Of a DNA stretch of 59,518 bases, positions 34,881 through 46,764 are shown piece after piece; positions within the stretch are counted from its first letter, which is position 1; each line of letters starts with the position of its first letter. Both the position numbers and the translations under genes were made by a program. The notes beneath the pieces were generated by a model. That model was not told the DNA's origin. It worked only from the letters and a program-made list of their open reading frames with translations, and made no database searches. Location: contig DYCH01000077.1 of assembly GCA_019418235.1 (NCBI GenBank), positions 46,099 through 105,616 of the forward strand. The letters run 5' to 3'. The stretch comes from Sutterella sp. (lineage in GTDB: Bacteria; Pseudomonadota; Gammaproteobacteria; Burkholderiales; Burkholderiaceae_F).

Positions 34881-34914
34881 AAAAATCTCGCAAGCCTTTC
34901 GACCTGCGAGATTT
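34881..34914 (-). other. intercistronic hairpin (possible partial terminator)
   Basis: AAATCTCGCA/TGCGAGATTT stem with a short T run on the minus strand. Confidence 0.5.
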
Positions 34915-34925
34915 AAGGAGTTCAA

Positions 34926-36113
34926 TTACAAGAGATTGACGAAGACACCGGCAATCACGACAGAGGCAATCGTCACTGTCACGAAGCCACCCACGATCAT
35001 CGAGGGGAACATCTTACTCATCAAGAATTCTTCTTCTTCCTTCGTTTGAGCCATGGCCTTACAGGTCGATTCCGTAATAATGGCGTTAAACGGGAAGCCG
35101 TAGAGTGCCGTCAAGCAGTTGGCAAAACTCATTGCGAAGGATTGCTTCAAAACCTTAGCAATCACGTAGGCAAAGATTGCCATACCGGCCACACCGATCA
35201 CAATCATGATAACCATCGGCGTGATGATGCCCAACAACATTTCAGGCGTGCAATCCTTCAAACCTTGGAAGACGAACATCGTCAAAGCAAACATCAAGAT
35301 GTTAAAGGAGTTAGCGCGGTGCAATGCGTCCGTTTCCAGGAAACCCAAGGAGCAGAAAATCACACCGTAGACCAATGCCCAAACAGCACCGCTCACGCCC
35401 GTCCACGTACCCGTCATGAAGGCCAACCAAGCAACGATACCCATCTTCGTGAGGATCACAACCGGAGAGTTCCAGCTTTCGGGCAAAGCCAAAGGACCAC
35501 GACGTTCGCTAGAAGGAAGAGCCGTCACGGACTTCACAGCAGCCAATTCGGCAGCGTCAACACGTTGACCACCACGGTATTCGGCCAAAAGGCGCTTACC
35601 TTCCATCTTCATGCAGATGGCCGTCAACGGATAACCGGCAAAACCTTGAATACAGTACATGGAAATAGCAAACACGGCTGCGGTCTTAAGGCCTTGAGCT
35701 TCAGCAGCGGCTTGCATCATCGTGGCAGCCACCACACCACCCGTTAACGGCGGCAAACCGGTGATCACCAAAGCATGATCCATGAAGAACGGGCAGAGGT
35801 AGTAAACGGCCAAACACATGCCGACCAAACCTGCCAAACAAATGGTCACGGTACGCCATTGTTCCATCAAGGTCTTCAAACTGATCACCGTCCCCATGTG
35901 GACGATCAAAAGGAAAATACCCAAAGTAGAACCAAACGGCACGAGGAACGAGTCCTTGACCAAGTCATACGGCAAAACGGTCCAATAACCCACCAACAAA
36001 ATGCAGGCAGATGCAAATACTGATGGGACCCAAGCCTTTGTTAATGTGGAGATGACTTCACCTAAGATGATGACGCCACCGCAGATAACGAATGCGGTAA
36101 GAAAGTTATACAT
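34926..36113 (-). CDS. polytopic membrane protein, putative secondary transporter
   Basis: About 10-11 hydrophobic segments; PPLTGGVVAA and LYGFP Gly/Pro-rich loops; upstream of the amidohydrolase; start set at MYNFL. Confidence 0.65.
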   Translation of the reverse strand: MYNFLTAFVICGGVIILGEVISTLTKAWVPSVFASACILLVGYWTVLPYDLVKDSFLVPFGSTLGIFLLIVHMGTVISLKTLMEQWRTVTICLAGLVGMCLAVYYLCPFFMDHALVITGLPPLTGGVVAATMMQAAAEAQGLKTAAVFAISMYCIQGFAGYPLTAICMKMEGKRLLAEYRGGQRVDAAELAAVKSVTALPSSERRGPLALPESWNSPVVILTKMGIVAWLAFMTGTWTGVSGAVWALVYGVIFCSLGFLETDALHRANSFNILMFALTMFVFQGLKDCTPEMLLGIITPMVIMIVIGVAGMAIFAYVIAKVLKQSFAMSFANCLTALYGFPFNAIITESTCKAMAQTKEEEEFLMSKMFPSMIVGGFVTVTIASVVIAGVFVNLL

Positions 36114-36276
36114 AATAAGTCTCTGACAGGAAAAAGAGGTTCCTTCCATTATAGGATTGAGACTTATCGAGGCTTATGGGGCAAACACCCTAGATAACAC
36201 CCCTCTCTAAGGCTTTATTCTTAGGGGATTGTTACCAAGACAGGAAAAATGAGAGACTTTTTGGGCAGAAAATGAC

Positions 36277-36304
36277 AAAAGGGACCTTAGTTGCCTAAAG
36301 TCCC
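36277..36304 (-). terminator. terminator of the rpsA-ihfB transcript
   Basis: Minus-strand GGGACTTTAG-gcaa-CTAAGGTCCC-TTTT. Confidence 0.75.
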
Positions 36305-36328
36305 CTTTGTACTTGTTGACGTAAAAAA

Positions 36329-36631
36329 TTACTTACTTAATTGATCCTGCAATGCAGCATCAACGCGTTCGCGCAATTCCTTACCCGCCTTGAAGTGAGG
36401 CACAAACTTCTCAGGAACCATCACGCTTTCGCCGCTCTTCGGATTGCGTCCGACGCGACTCGGGCGATGATTCAACGTGAAGCTGCCAAACCCGCGGATC
36501 TCGATGCGACTGCCGTTGGCCATAGCCGACGTCATTGCATCCAAGACCGCCTTGACGGTTTCGTCAACGTCGCGTGCCGTAACACGCGGATTTTGGTTAG
36601 CGAGCCGTTCAATCAGCTCGGATTTGGTCAT
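36329..36631 (-). CDS. ihfB: integration host factor beta subunit (alternative start 36643)
   Basis: [25 protein letters not shown] and [13 protein letters not shown]; follows rpsA. Confidence 0.95.
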   Translation of the reverse strand: MTKSELIERLANQNPRVTARDVDETVKAVLDAMTSAMANGSRIEIRGFGSFTLNHRPSRVGRNPKSGESVMVPEKFVPHFKAGKELRERVDAALQDQLSK

Positions 36632-36653
36632 GGCATCCACCATGCTTCTCCGA

Positions 36654-38348
<1,695 letters not shown>

Positions 38349-38463
38349 GTTCTAAGATAAAAACAGCGTACTTCAAACACATGTGTTTGTGAGTTCGCTG
38401 GGTTGGTTAAAAAATCGGGCCGACCCCATTGTCGGTTTACCGATTGGCTTGATTTCTCAGGCC

Positions 38464-39123
38464 TTATTGTTGTGACTCTTTATACCATTGAAGGACTTGA
38501 GCCACGGTTTCTTCGATCCCCAAATTTGAGGAATCTAGAATCTTTGCATCGACTGCGGGTGCCAAAGGACACACGGCGCGCTCCATATCTCGACGGTCGC
38601 GTTCACGCAAGTCGTGCGTAAGGGTGTCAATATTAGCGGAAATTCCCTTTTGTTTCAACTGATTATATCGGCGCAGTGCACGAGCCTCGGCGCTGGCCGT
38701 TAAAAAGACTTTCAGAGGCGCTTCAGGAAAGATCACACTGCCCATATCACGGCCGTCTGCGACAAGGCCCGGTGCTTGAGCGGCGCGCTTTTGTACGCTC
38801 ACTAAAGCCTTACGAACCTCTCCCAGTGCCGCCACTTTACTGGCAGCAATTCCCACTTCTTCTTGACGAATGGCGTTCGTTACCGTTTCACCATCTAAAT
38901 AAATTTCACCATCTTTAAAGGTTGGTTGCATTTCAAGGGCAAGCTTGGCAACGTCGGCCGCATTATCTAAAGCAACATTATTTTTTAATGCACGATAGGC
39001 CGTTAAACGGTACAAGGCACCACTATCTAAATAGTGAAAACCCAAAGCCTCGGCCACACGAGAGGCCACGGTACCTTTACCGGAAGCCGTCGGCCCATCA
39101 ATCGTAATTACAGTTACTGTCAT
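38464..39123 (-). CDS. cmk: cytidylate kinase
   Basis: [21 protein letters not shown] and ADGRDMG. Confidence 0.96.
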   Translation of the reverse strand: MTVTVITIDGPTASGKGTVASRVAEALGFHYLDSGALYRLTAYRALKNNVALDNAADVAKLALEMQPTFKDGEIYLDGETVTNAIRQEEVGIAASKVAALGEVRKALVSVQKRAAQAPGLVADGRDMGSVIFPEAPLKVFLTASAEARALRRYNQLKQKGISANIDTLTHDLRERDRRDMERAVCPLAPAVDAKILDSSNLGIEETVAQVLQWYKESQQ

Positions 39124-40166
39124 TTTTCTGCCCGTAAAGTTTGAAATGTTTGCATCCAGTCGACCAAGGCCTTCACGCCCTCAATCGGCATGGCATTATA
39201 AATTGAAGCTCGAATACCGCCCGCACTACGATGCCCACGAAGGTTTAATAAACCGCGCGCTTGAGCCCCCTTGAGGAATTCTTCTAATAGCGTCCCATTG
39301 GGTAAATCAAACACCACATTCATGCGACTGCGAATTTCCCCTTTAACGCGAGGACGGTAAAAACCGTTACTCTCATCGATGGTTTTATATATTAGTGCGG
39401 CTTTTTGAGTGTTGACGCTTTCCATCGCCTTAATACCACCCGTGTCCTCAATCCAATCGAGCACACACTTAACCGCACCGATAGCGAGCGTGGGTGGTGT
39501 CACCAACATGCTGCCTGCTTTTGCATGGGCTTTATAAGAATAGAGGTGATCTTTTTCGCCGACTTCGGCTTTAGCTAAAAAGTCTTTATGAATGACAACA
39601 ATGGTCACGCCGGCAATACCGGCATTTTTCTGAGCACCGGCCATCAGTAAACCGACGCCCGTCATGTCCATCGGACGCGAAAAAATGTTGCTTGATGCAT
39701 CCACAACCCAAGGAACGGAGATTTTGGGCAAATGATGAAATTCAATCCCATCAATCGTTTCGTTAACGCAAACAAACGCATAATCGGCGTGAGAGGCATC
39801 GGTTGTCTCAGTGATCGCATCCAAAGAGGTCACTTCACCAAAGGGTTTTGCCATCTCGGCAGCCATTTTTGACCAATGGCCACTGGCCCAATAAAGCGCA
39901 CCCTTTTTTAAGAAGTTACGAGCAATCCAATCAAATTGCTGTCTGGCCCCACCCATTAAAAAGAGAACCTCGTAGTCCTCGCTAATATTTAAAAGGCGAC
40001 GAACACCTTGACGCGTTTGTTCGACAAGCGCTTCAAATGCAGGACTGCGATGGGGGTATTCGGCTAACGATAAACCGTCAGTCCAATCCAATACCATCGC
40101 AGCCAGTTTTTCTTTTACCGCCGGGGCCAAAACCGAAGGCCCCGGCGCAAAGTTATAAAGCGTCAT
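39120..40166 (-). CDS. serC: phosphoserine aminotransferase
   Basis: [21 protein letters not shown] and [15 protein letters not shown]. Confidence 0.94.
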   Translation of the reverse strand: MTLYNFAPGPSVLAPAVKEKLAAMVLDWTDGLSLAEYPHRSPAFEALVEQTRQGVRRLLNISEDYEVLFLMGGARQQFDWIARNFLKKGALYWASGHWSKMAAEMAKPFGEVTSLDAITETTDASHADYAFVCVNETIDGIEFHHLPKISVPWVVDASSNIFSRPMDMTGVGLLMAGAQKNAGIAGVTIVVIHKDFLAKAEVGEKDHLYSYKAHAKAGSMLVTPPTLAIGAVKCVLDWIEDTGGIKAMESVNTQKAALIYKTIDESNGFYRPRVKGEIRSRMNVVFDLPNGTLLEEFLKGAQARGLLNLRGHRSAGGIRASIYNAMPIEGVKALVDWMQTFQTLRAEK

Positions 40167-40174
40167 ATGCGTGT

Positions 40175-42913
40175 TTACTCAGAAGCGGTTTCTCCGCCTT
40201 CTTCTTGAACCTCAGGGGTTTGAGCTTCAGGCGCAGCGACTTCCGTCGTTGCCTCTTGAGCACCCTCGACCTTTTCCTCTTCGTCCATGTCCTCTTCGGC
40301 AATACGAGAGATCGCAGCCAAGCTGTCGTCCTTTAAGGCAATCAACGTCACACCTTGCGTGGCGCGCTTGAGCACTCGGATGTCCTTCACAGCCGTTCTC
40401 ACGATCTTGCCCTTTTGGGTCAACATCATGATTTCATCCGTATCGTGAACCAAGGTCGCAGCCACCACCTTACCGTTACGTTCGCTCGTTTGGATGGCGA
40501 TCATCCCCTTCGTACCACGACCGTGACGGGTGTACTCAGCGATATCGGTGCGCTTACCAAAACCGTTTTCCGTTGCGGTCAACACCGTTTGCGTTTCGTC
40601 TTCGGCCACCAACATGGCAATGACTTGTTGACCGTCTTCTAACATCATGCCGCGAACACCACGAGCATTACGGCCCATCGGGCGAACGTCAGACTCGGCA
40701 AAGCGAACTGACTTACCGGCATCAGAAAAGAGCATCACATCATGTTCACCATCGGTAATGGCCACACCAATTAAGTGGTCACCGTCGTCTAAGCCTGCGG
40801 CATTGATACCGGAGCGACGAACATTAGCGAAGTCAATCAAGCGGGTCTTTTTCACAACACCGTTGGCCGTTGCCATAAACACATAGTGCTTATCATCAAA
40901 GTCCGTGATCGGCAACACCACCGTGATGCGTTCACCTTCGCTCAAGGGCACGGAGTTGATGATAGGACGGCCCTTGGAAGTACGAGAGCCTTCTGGCAAG
41001 GAGTACACATCCAAGCAGTACATACGACCAAAATTGCTAAAGCACAAAATACGGTCGTGAGAATTGGCAATAAAGAGTTGATCAATCAAGTCCCCTTCCT
41101 TCATCGTTGCGGCCTTCTTACCTTGGCCGCCACGGCGTTGGGCTTGATAGTCAGACACTTGTTGCGTCTTGATATAACCGTCACGCGTCAAAGTCACCAC
41201 CATTTCGCGACGCGGGATCAAATCACGCGGGTCGAAGTTGGGGTCGCCCGTCGGGTCGATTTCACTGCGACGATCATCGTTGTATTCGGTCTTAATTTCC
41301 AAGAGATCATCTTCGATGATCTTACGAACACGCTCGGGCTTGGCCAAAATGTCCAACAAATCGATGATGTTGAGCGTAACGTTCTTGTACTCTTGAAGAA
41401 TCTTGTCTTGTTCAAGGCCCGTCAAACGTTGCAAGCGCATTTGCAAAATGCTGTCAGCTTGCGTTTCGCTTAAATAGTAGCGTTGTTCATCAACGTGCAT
41501 ACCGTAGTGAGCATCCAAGCCTTCAGGACGGAAGCCATCGACGTTTTCACCGGCGCGTGACAAAAGATCGGTCACAAAAGCAGAACCCCAACCGCGGCTC
41601 ATTAAGCCTGTCTTTGCCACTTCAGGCGTCGGGGCATTACGAATGATTTCGATGAAGTCATCAATATTGGCTAAAGCAACAGCCAAACCTTCCAAAATGT
41701 GGCAACGACCACGCGCTTCACGCAAGTCAAAGATGCAACGACGCGTGATCACTTCACGGCGATGCATCAAGAAAGCTTCGATGATTTGCTTCAAGTTGAG
41801 CAATTGCGGTTGACCGTCAACCAAAGCAACCATGTTGATACCGAACGAGTCTTGCAACTGCGTCATCTTGTAGAGGTTATTTAAAACCACATCGGCAACA
41901 ACACCGACCTTCAAATCCATCACCACGCGAACGCCGTCTTTATCGGTTTCATCGCGTAAGTCAGAAATGCCCTCAATGCGCTTTTCATTAATTAAGTGAG
42001 CGATGCTCTCAACGAGCACTTTCTTATTGACTTGGTACGGGATTTCGTCCACAACGATACGCGTGCGACGACCCTTGTCGTACTCTTCGTAGTGAGTCTT
42101 GGCGCGCATCACCACACGACCGCGACCTGTGCGATAGCCGTCAACGACACCCTTTAAACCAAAGATGATGCCGCCGGTAGGAAAGTCCGGAGCCGGCATA
42201 AATTTGATCAAATCGTCAATCGTGGCTTGCGGGTTATTCAATAAATGCACGCAAGCGTCCACCGTTTCACCCAAGTTGTGCGGCGGGATGTTCGTAGCCA
42301 TCCCCACAGCAATACCTGCACTACCGTTAATCAACAAGTGAGGTAAGCGCGTCGGCAACACCGTCGGCTCTTTTTCGGAGTTGTCATAGTTAGGAACAAA
42401 GTCCACCGTGCCGCGACGGATATCGGCCAACATTTCACCGGCCAACTTCTGCAACTTCACTTCCGTGTAACGCATGGCAGCAGCGGAGTCACCATCCAAG
42501 CTACCGAAGTTACCTTGACCGTAAACCAAGGGGTAACGAAGGGAGAAAGGTTGAGCCATACGAACAATCGTTTCGTAGGCAGCGGAGTCACCGTGCGGGT
42601 GGTATTTACCGATCACGTCACCGACCACACGAGCCGACTTCTTGGTCGGACGGTTGTAAGTGTTGCCCATTTGTTCCATGGCGTAGAGCACACGACGGTG
42701 CACAGGCTTTAAACCGTCACGAACGTCAGGCAATGCACGACCGACAATCACACTCATCGCATAGTCAAGATAAGCGCGCTTCATTTCGGTTTCAAGCGAA
42801 ACCGGCAAAAGCTCCTGAGCAATATCGACCATGGAGCCGATCTCAGAACCTTCCGTTTGTTCTTCCTCTTCAATCAACGTATCTTCGTTTTTGATATCTT
42901 CGTTATCCGACAT
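40175..42913 (-). CDS. gyrA: DNA gyrase subunit A (alternative start 42832)
   Basis: [31 protein letters not shown] and GyrA-box QRRGGQG. Confidence 0.97.
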   Translation of the reverse strand: MSDNEDIKNEDTLIEEEEQTEGSEIGSMVDIAQELLPVSLETEMKRAYLDYAMSVIVGRALPDVRDGLKPVHRRVLYAMEQMGNTYNRPTKKSARVVGDVIGKYHPHGDSAAYETIVRMAQPFSLRYPLVYGQGNFGSLDGDSAAAMRYTEVKLQKLAGEMLADIRRGTVDFVPNYDNSEKEPTVLPTRLPHLLINGSAGIAVGMATNIPPHNLGETVDACVHLLNNPQATIDDLIKFMPAPDFPTGGIIFGLKGVVDGYRTGRGRVVMRAKTHYEEYDKGRRTRIVVDEIPYQVNKKVLVESIAHLINEKRIEGISDLRDETDKDGVRVVMDLKVGVVADVVLNNLYKMTQLQDSFGINMVALVDGQPQLLNLKQIIEAFLMHRREVITRRCIFDLREARGRCHILEGLAVALANIDDFIEIIRNAPTPEVAKTGLMSRGWGSAFVTDLLSRAGENVDGFRPEGLDAHYGMHVDEQRYYLSETQADSILQMRLQRLTGLEQDKILQEYKNVTLNIIDLLDILAKPERVRKIIEDDLLEIKTEYNDDRRSEIDPTGDPNFDPRDLIPRREMVVTLTRDGYIKTQQVSDYQAQRRGGQGKKAATMKEGDLIDQLFIANSHDRILCFSNFGRMYCLDVYSLPEGSRTSKGRPIINSVPLSEGERITVVLPITDFDDKHYVFMATANGVVKKTRLIDFANVRRSGINAAGLDDGDHLIGVAITDGEHDVMLFSDAGKSVRFAESDVRPMGRNARGVRGMMLEDGQQVIAMLVAEDETQTVLTATENGFGKRTDIAEYTRHGRGTKGMIAIQTSERNGKVVAATLVHDTDEIMMLTQKGKIVRTAVKDIRVLKRATQGVTLIALKDDSLAAISRIAEEDMDEEEKVEGAQEATTEVAAPEAQTPEVQEEGGETASE

Positions 42914-43164
42914 TGATGAGTTTCCCGTTTAATAGAAATATAACCTGTTGATTTTATCAGAAATTGACCGAAAAAATCCCCATCAAAACCCATCATTTTC
43001 TCCTTTAAAAACAATGCGTTAGAAAGACACTTTTCGATACAACTTAAAAGTTTCAGAGAGTTTCGCTCGTTTTTTGCCAAAAAAGTCGTTCAGGTTCAAC
43101 AAAATAGGGACGATGCCCCCTGAGCTTGATACAATCTCAGAATCATTATCCAAAGAGGTCAAAC

Positions 43165-44475
43165 ATGCGAGTTCAAACCCTTATTCACGCCGGTTGGGTG
43201 ATGCCCATGGCACCTAAAGGTGCTGTTTTAGCGCAGCACTCCGTTTTGATTGATGACGGCAAAATTGTGGCGATCGTGCCGACAGCCGAAACAGCCGATG
43301 TTGAAGCTCAAACGGTTTATAACTTACCCAACCAAATCGTGTTGCCGGGCTTAGTGAATGCTCACTCTCACGCCCCGATGAATATTTTGCGTGGCATGGG
43401 TGCTGACCTTCCGTTGATGGATTGGTTAACGACCAAGATTTGGCCGGCAGAGGGCAAACTCATGAGTCCGGAATTTTGCTACGAAGGCTCTTTGTTGGCC
43501 GGCGAAGAAATGTTGCGCTCGGGCATCACCTGCACCAACGACCACTATTTCTTCCCCATTGATGTTGCTCGAGGCCTCAACGAGGCCGGCATGAAGTGCA
43601 CGGTCTCGGCCCTCTTTATCGGCTTTCCGTCTGCCATGGCTAAAGACGCCGATGAATACTACGCCTGCGCCGAAGAGGTGTTAAATCACTTCCAAGGTCA
43701 TCGCACTACGCGCGTCTCGGTTGGTCCTCACGCTCCCTACACGGTCGATGATGCGACGCTCGTTCGCTGTCGCGATTTGGCCGATAAGTACGACACGAAA
43801 CTTCACATGCACGTCGATGAAACGCAAAACGAAATCGAAACATCTATGAAAGAGTACGGCATGCGTCCTGTTGAACGCTTGCAAAAATTGGGCTTTTTGT
43901 CCGATCGTTTAGTCTCTGTGCATACCGTTCATCCTGACGAAAATGAAATGCAACTTTTAGCCAAGGCCGGTGCCAGCGTCTGTCATTGCCCGTGCTCGAA
44001 CTTGAAGTTAGCGAGCGGCTTTTCTCCCATCGCTCACATGATGGATTTGGGCATCAACATTGCGATTGGCACCGATAGCGTGGCCAGTAACGACAAGTTG
44101 GATTTATTGGGTGAAACGCGATTGGCGGCCATGCTCGGTAAAGCCGTCTCGGGCGAGCCCACAAGCATGAAGGTTGAAGATTTGCTCTACGCCGCTACGA
44201 TGGGTGGCGCAAAAGCGATTGGTTGGGATGATCGTATCGGGTCATTAGAAGCCGGCAAGGACGCTGACATCATTGCCATTGACTTGGCAGGCGTTAATAC
44301 CGTCCCTGTTTTTGACGCACACACGCAACTGCTCTATAGTGCAGGACGCGAGGACATTACTCATGTGTGGGTGGACGGTAAATTGGTTGTTAAAAAACAA
44401 CAATGCGTTGAACTAAGACATCTGACTAACATAAAAGCCCATGAACTTGCCCAAAAGTGGCACAATAGAGTCTGA
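43165..44475 (+). CDS. TRZ/ATZ-family metal-dependent deaminase (MTA/SAH deaminase MtaD-like)
   Basis: PGLVNAHSH, PHAPYTV, HMHVDET, SNLKLASG and GTDSVASN; GAGG SD before ATG 43165. Confidence 0.85.
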   Translation: MRVQTLIHAGWVMPMAPKGAVLAQHSVLIDDGKIVAIVPTAETADVEAQTVYNLPNQIVLPGLVNAHSHAPMNILRGMGADLPLMDWLTTKIWPAEGKLMSPEFCYEGSLLAGEEMLRSGITCTNDHYFFPIDVARGLNEAGMKCTVSALFIGFPSAMAKDADEYYACAEEVLNHFQGHRTTRVSVGPHAPYTVDDATLVRCRDLADKYDTKLHMHVDETQNEIETSMKEYGMRPVERLQKLGFLSDRLVSVHTVHPDENEMQLLAKAGASVCHCPCSNLKLASGFSPIAHMMDLGINIAIGTDSVASNDKLDLLGETRLAAMLGKAVSGEPTSMKVEDLLYAATMGGAKAIGWDDRIGSLEAGKDADIIAIDLAGVNTVPVFDAHTQLLYSAGREDITHVWVDGKLVVKKQQCVELRHLTNIKAHELAQKWHNRV

Positions 44476-44595
44476 TTAATGGTTTTTCGTCTCACGGTAA
44501 GCCACTCGCGAGGGCTGTGAGATTGTGAAAACCACGGGCGTAACGGTTCGCCTGTATTTTAGAAATAACCGTAGAAATCCAATTGGAGATTAGAT

Positions 44596-45162
44596 ATGAA
44601 AAAAACTATCGCTTTGAGCGCCGCATTGGTTGCTATGCTTGCTACCTCTGGTATCGCCGCTGCTGCTGATTCTTTCCCGTATGTCCGTTCTACCTCTAAG
44701 GCTACGGTGATGACGAACTACAACGAATGTGTTCGTACTGGTTACTGGACCCCGGCTTTGGCCGAAGGCGTCGAATGTGACTCTGACGTTGCTTCCGGCA
44801 AGATCGTTTTGGCTGCTGACATGCTCTTTAACTTCGGTTCTGCCAACTTGAAGGCCGAAGGTAAGGCCATGCTCGAAGAACTCGTTGCTCGTATGGCTGG
44901 CTTGAATGTTGAAGTCGTGATGGCTACGGGTTACACCGACCGCATCGGTTCTGACGCCGTTAACCAACGCTTGTCCGAACGTCGTGCTAACGCTGTGAAG
45001 ACCTTCATGGTCGGTCAAGGCGTTCCGGCTGACAAGGTCCAAACCGAAGGTAAGGGCAGTGCTGAACCGGTCGTGACGTGTGAAGATGGCAAGGGCTTGA
45101 TCAAGTGCTTGGCTCCGAACCGTCGTGCTGTTGTCGAAGTTGTCGGCACGCGCGCTCAATAA
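44596..45162 (+). CDS. ompA: short OmpA-family protein with peptidoglycan-binding OmpA_C domain
   Basis: CVRTGYWTP, GYTDRIGS...NQRLSERRA and PNRR; position near gyrA. Confidence 0.9.
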   Translation: MKKTIALSAALVAMLATSGIAAAADSFPYVRSTSKATVMTNYNECVRTGYWTPALAEGVECDSDVASGKIVLAADMLFNFGSANLKAEGKAMLEELVARMAGLNVEVVMATGYTDRIGSDAVNQRLSERRANAVKTFMVGQGVPADKVQTEGKGSAEPVVTCEDGKGLIKCLAPNRRAVVEVVGTRAQ

Positions 45163-45202
45163 TAACGTTTAGAGTTTGACTCTTTAATCGTTAAATAGAG
45201 AA

Positions 45203-45230
45203 AGGCGCTCAATCGAGCGCCTCTTTTTTT
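45203..45230 (+). terminator. ompA terminator
   Basis: AGGCGCTC-aatc-GAGCGCCT-CTTTTTTT. Confidence 0.8.
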
Positions 45231-45246
45231 CACTCCTTCAATCGCA

Positions 45247-45915
45247 ATGAAACCGTTAATTCTTTTTGATCTTGACGGCACCTTGGTCGATAGTGCACCG
45301 GGCTTGGTTGATGCCGTCAATCGTCTTCGTCAAAGACGCCATCTCGATCCCCTTCCCTACACCACCGTCCGTCCTTTTGCCGGCATGGGAGCTCGCGGGT
45401 TACTCAAAATCGGTCTTGATATGCCCGATACCGATCCCCTTTTTGAAGAAACGAAAAAAGAGTTTCTTGACGACTATGAAGCTCACTGCACGGAAAACAT
45501 TGAAACGTTTCCCGGCGTCAATGAACTTCTTTCTCAAATTGAAAAACAGGGCTGGCATTGGGGCATTGTCACCAATAAATTTGAGTGCTTTGCCAAACCC
45601 ATTTTGGAAAAGCTCGAACTCTTTGATCGCGCAACCGTCTTGGTTTGCGGCGATGCCACTATGAAGTTAAAACCCCATCCGGATAACCTCATTCTTGCAT
45701 TGCAAAAAACGGCTCGGGAAGCTACGGAATGTGTCTACGTCGGTGATGATATTCGTGATGCACAAGCTGCGGGCAAATTGCCCATGCCGTTTGCGGCCGC
45801 CTCTTGGGGCTATTTGGGTCAAGTTCAAGACATTGGCGAATGGAGTGCGCAATACGTTGCGACCGATCCGTTGGATTTGATGGAGTGGCTCATTTCCGTT
45901 TTTCGAAAAGCTTAA
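45247..45915 (+). CDS. gph: HAD-IA hydrolase, phosphoglycolate phosphatase-like
   Basis: FDLDGTLVDS, VTNK, KPHP and YVGDDIRD. Confidence 0.8.
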   Translation: MKPLILFDLDGTLVDSAPGLVDAVNRLRQRRHLDPLPYTTVRPFAGMGARGLLKIGLDMPDTDPLFEETKKEFLDDYEAHCTENIETFPGVNELLSQIEKQGWHWGIVTNKFECFAKPILEKLELFDRATVLVCGDATMKLKPHPDNLILALQKTAREATECVYVGDDIRDAQAAGKLPMPFAAASWGYLGQVQDIGEWSAQYVATDPLDLMEWLISVFRKA

Positions 45916-46111
45916 ATTTTAGGCAATTGAAACGAAATTCCCCTACAATCACCCTTTTGCCCAAAAATTGTCCGAAATTCTCTCTCGGATATTAGTAGAA
46001 ACGATAGGTTTTTAGGTCATCCAATCGTCTGCTTTTCGTTTTAGGCTTAAACATTAAGATTTTTTTGCGCAAAATTAAAATAGATTTTGGGCGAAAAGTT
46101 AGGAGAAAAAC

Positions 46112-46648
46112 ATGAAATCTGTGCTCGTGGTTTATCACAGCCGAGATGGGCACACGGCCCGTATTTCGCGCCGTATTTGGGAAACGGTGATTGCCGAAGG
46201 TAACCAAGCCGACATGATGGATGTCATTGAAGCCGATCGTGAAGGTCTCAATTGGGACAAGTACGACTTGGTCATTGTTGGCGCTCCGGTTCTTTACGGT
46301 AAATACGCTCAACCCTTCATGGATTTTATTGCCAAAAACAAAGACGTTTTGGAAAAAAAACCGCACAGCTTTTTCAATGTCACGGTGCTTGCTCGCGTGC
46401 CTGCAAAGGCCACGCCCGAGGGCAACACTTACATGCAAAAGTTCTTAAAGAAGTCTCCGTGGACGCCTCGTGATGTGAAGTGTTTCGCCGGCAAAATCGA
46501 CTACCCGAATTGGGGTTGGTTTGAAACGAAACTCGTTCAAATGATCATGAAGGCCACCAAGGGCCCGACCGATCCTAAGACAGTGATTGATTACACCGAT
46601 TGGGAAGATGTTAAGAGCTACGCTCGTCATTGTTTGACGTTGGCATAA
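46112..46648 (+). CDS. hemG: menaquinone-dependent protoporphyrinogen IX dehydrogenase (flavodoxin fold)
   Basis: YHSRDGHT, IVGAPVLYG, FFNVTVLAR, FAGKIDYP and GPTD...YTDW. Confidence 0.88.
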   Translation: MKSVLVVYHSRDGHTARISRRIWETVIAEGNQADMMDVIEADREGLNWDKYDLVIVGAPVLYGKYAQPFMDFIAKNKDVLEKKPHSFFNVTVLARVPAKATPEGNTYMQKFLKKSPWTPRDVKCFAGKIDYPNWGWFETKLVQMIMKATKGPTDPKTVIDYTDWEDVKSYARHCLTLA

Positions 46649-46672
46649 AAACTGCTGTGCTCAAAATTCGAT

Positions 46673-46695
46673 AAGCGAGACTAAATGTCTCGCTT
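46673..46695 (+). terminator. hairpin after hemG
   Basis: AAGCGAGAC/GTCTCGCTT stem, weak T tail. Confidence 0.5.
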
Positions 46696-46764
46696 GTTAC
46701 TGAAAAATACGCTAATCTGTTATTTAGCAATACCAGATTAAAACTCAAATTTTTGGAAGTTAAA

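Noticed and set aside
42560..42610. Quinolone-resistance substitution in the GyrA QRDR (HGDSAAYET)
   Set aside because: The Ser83 equivalent is intact and the 87 equivalent is acidic (Glu); not a classical resistance change.
43132..43150. Fur box upstream of the MtaD-like deaminase (CAATCTCAGAATCATTATC)
   Set aside because: Only 13/19 with a single good half-site and no iron-related context.
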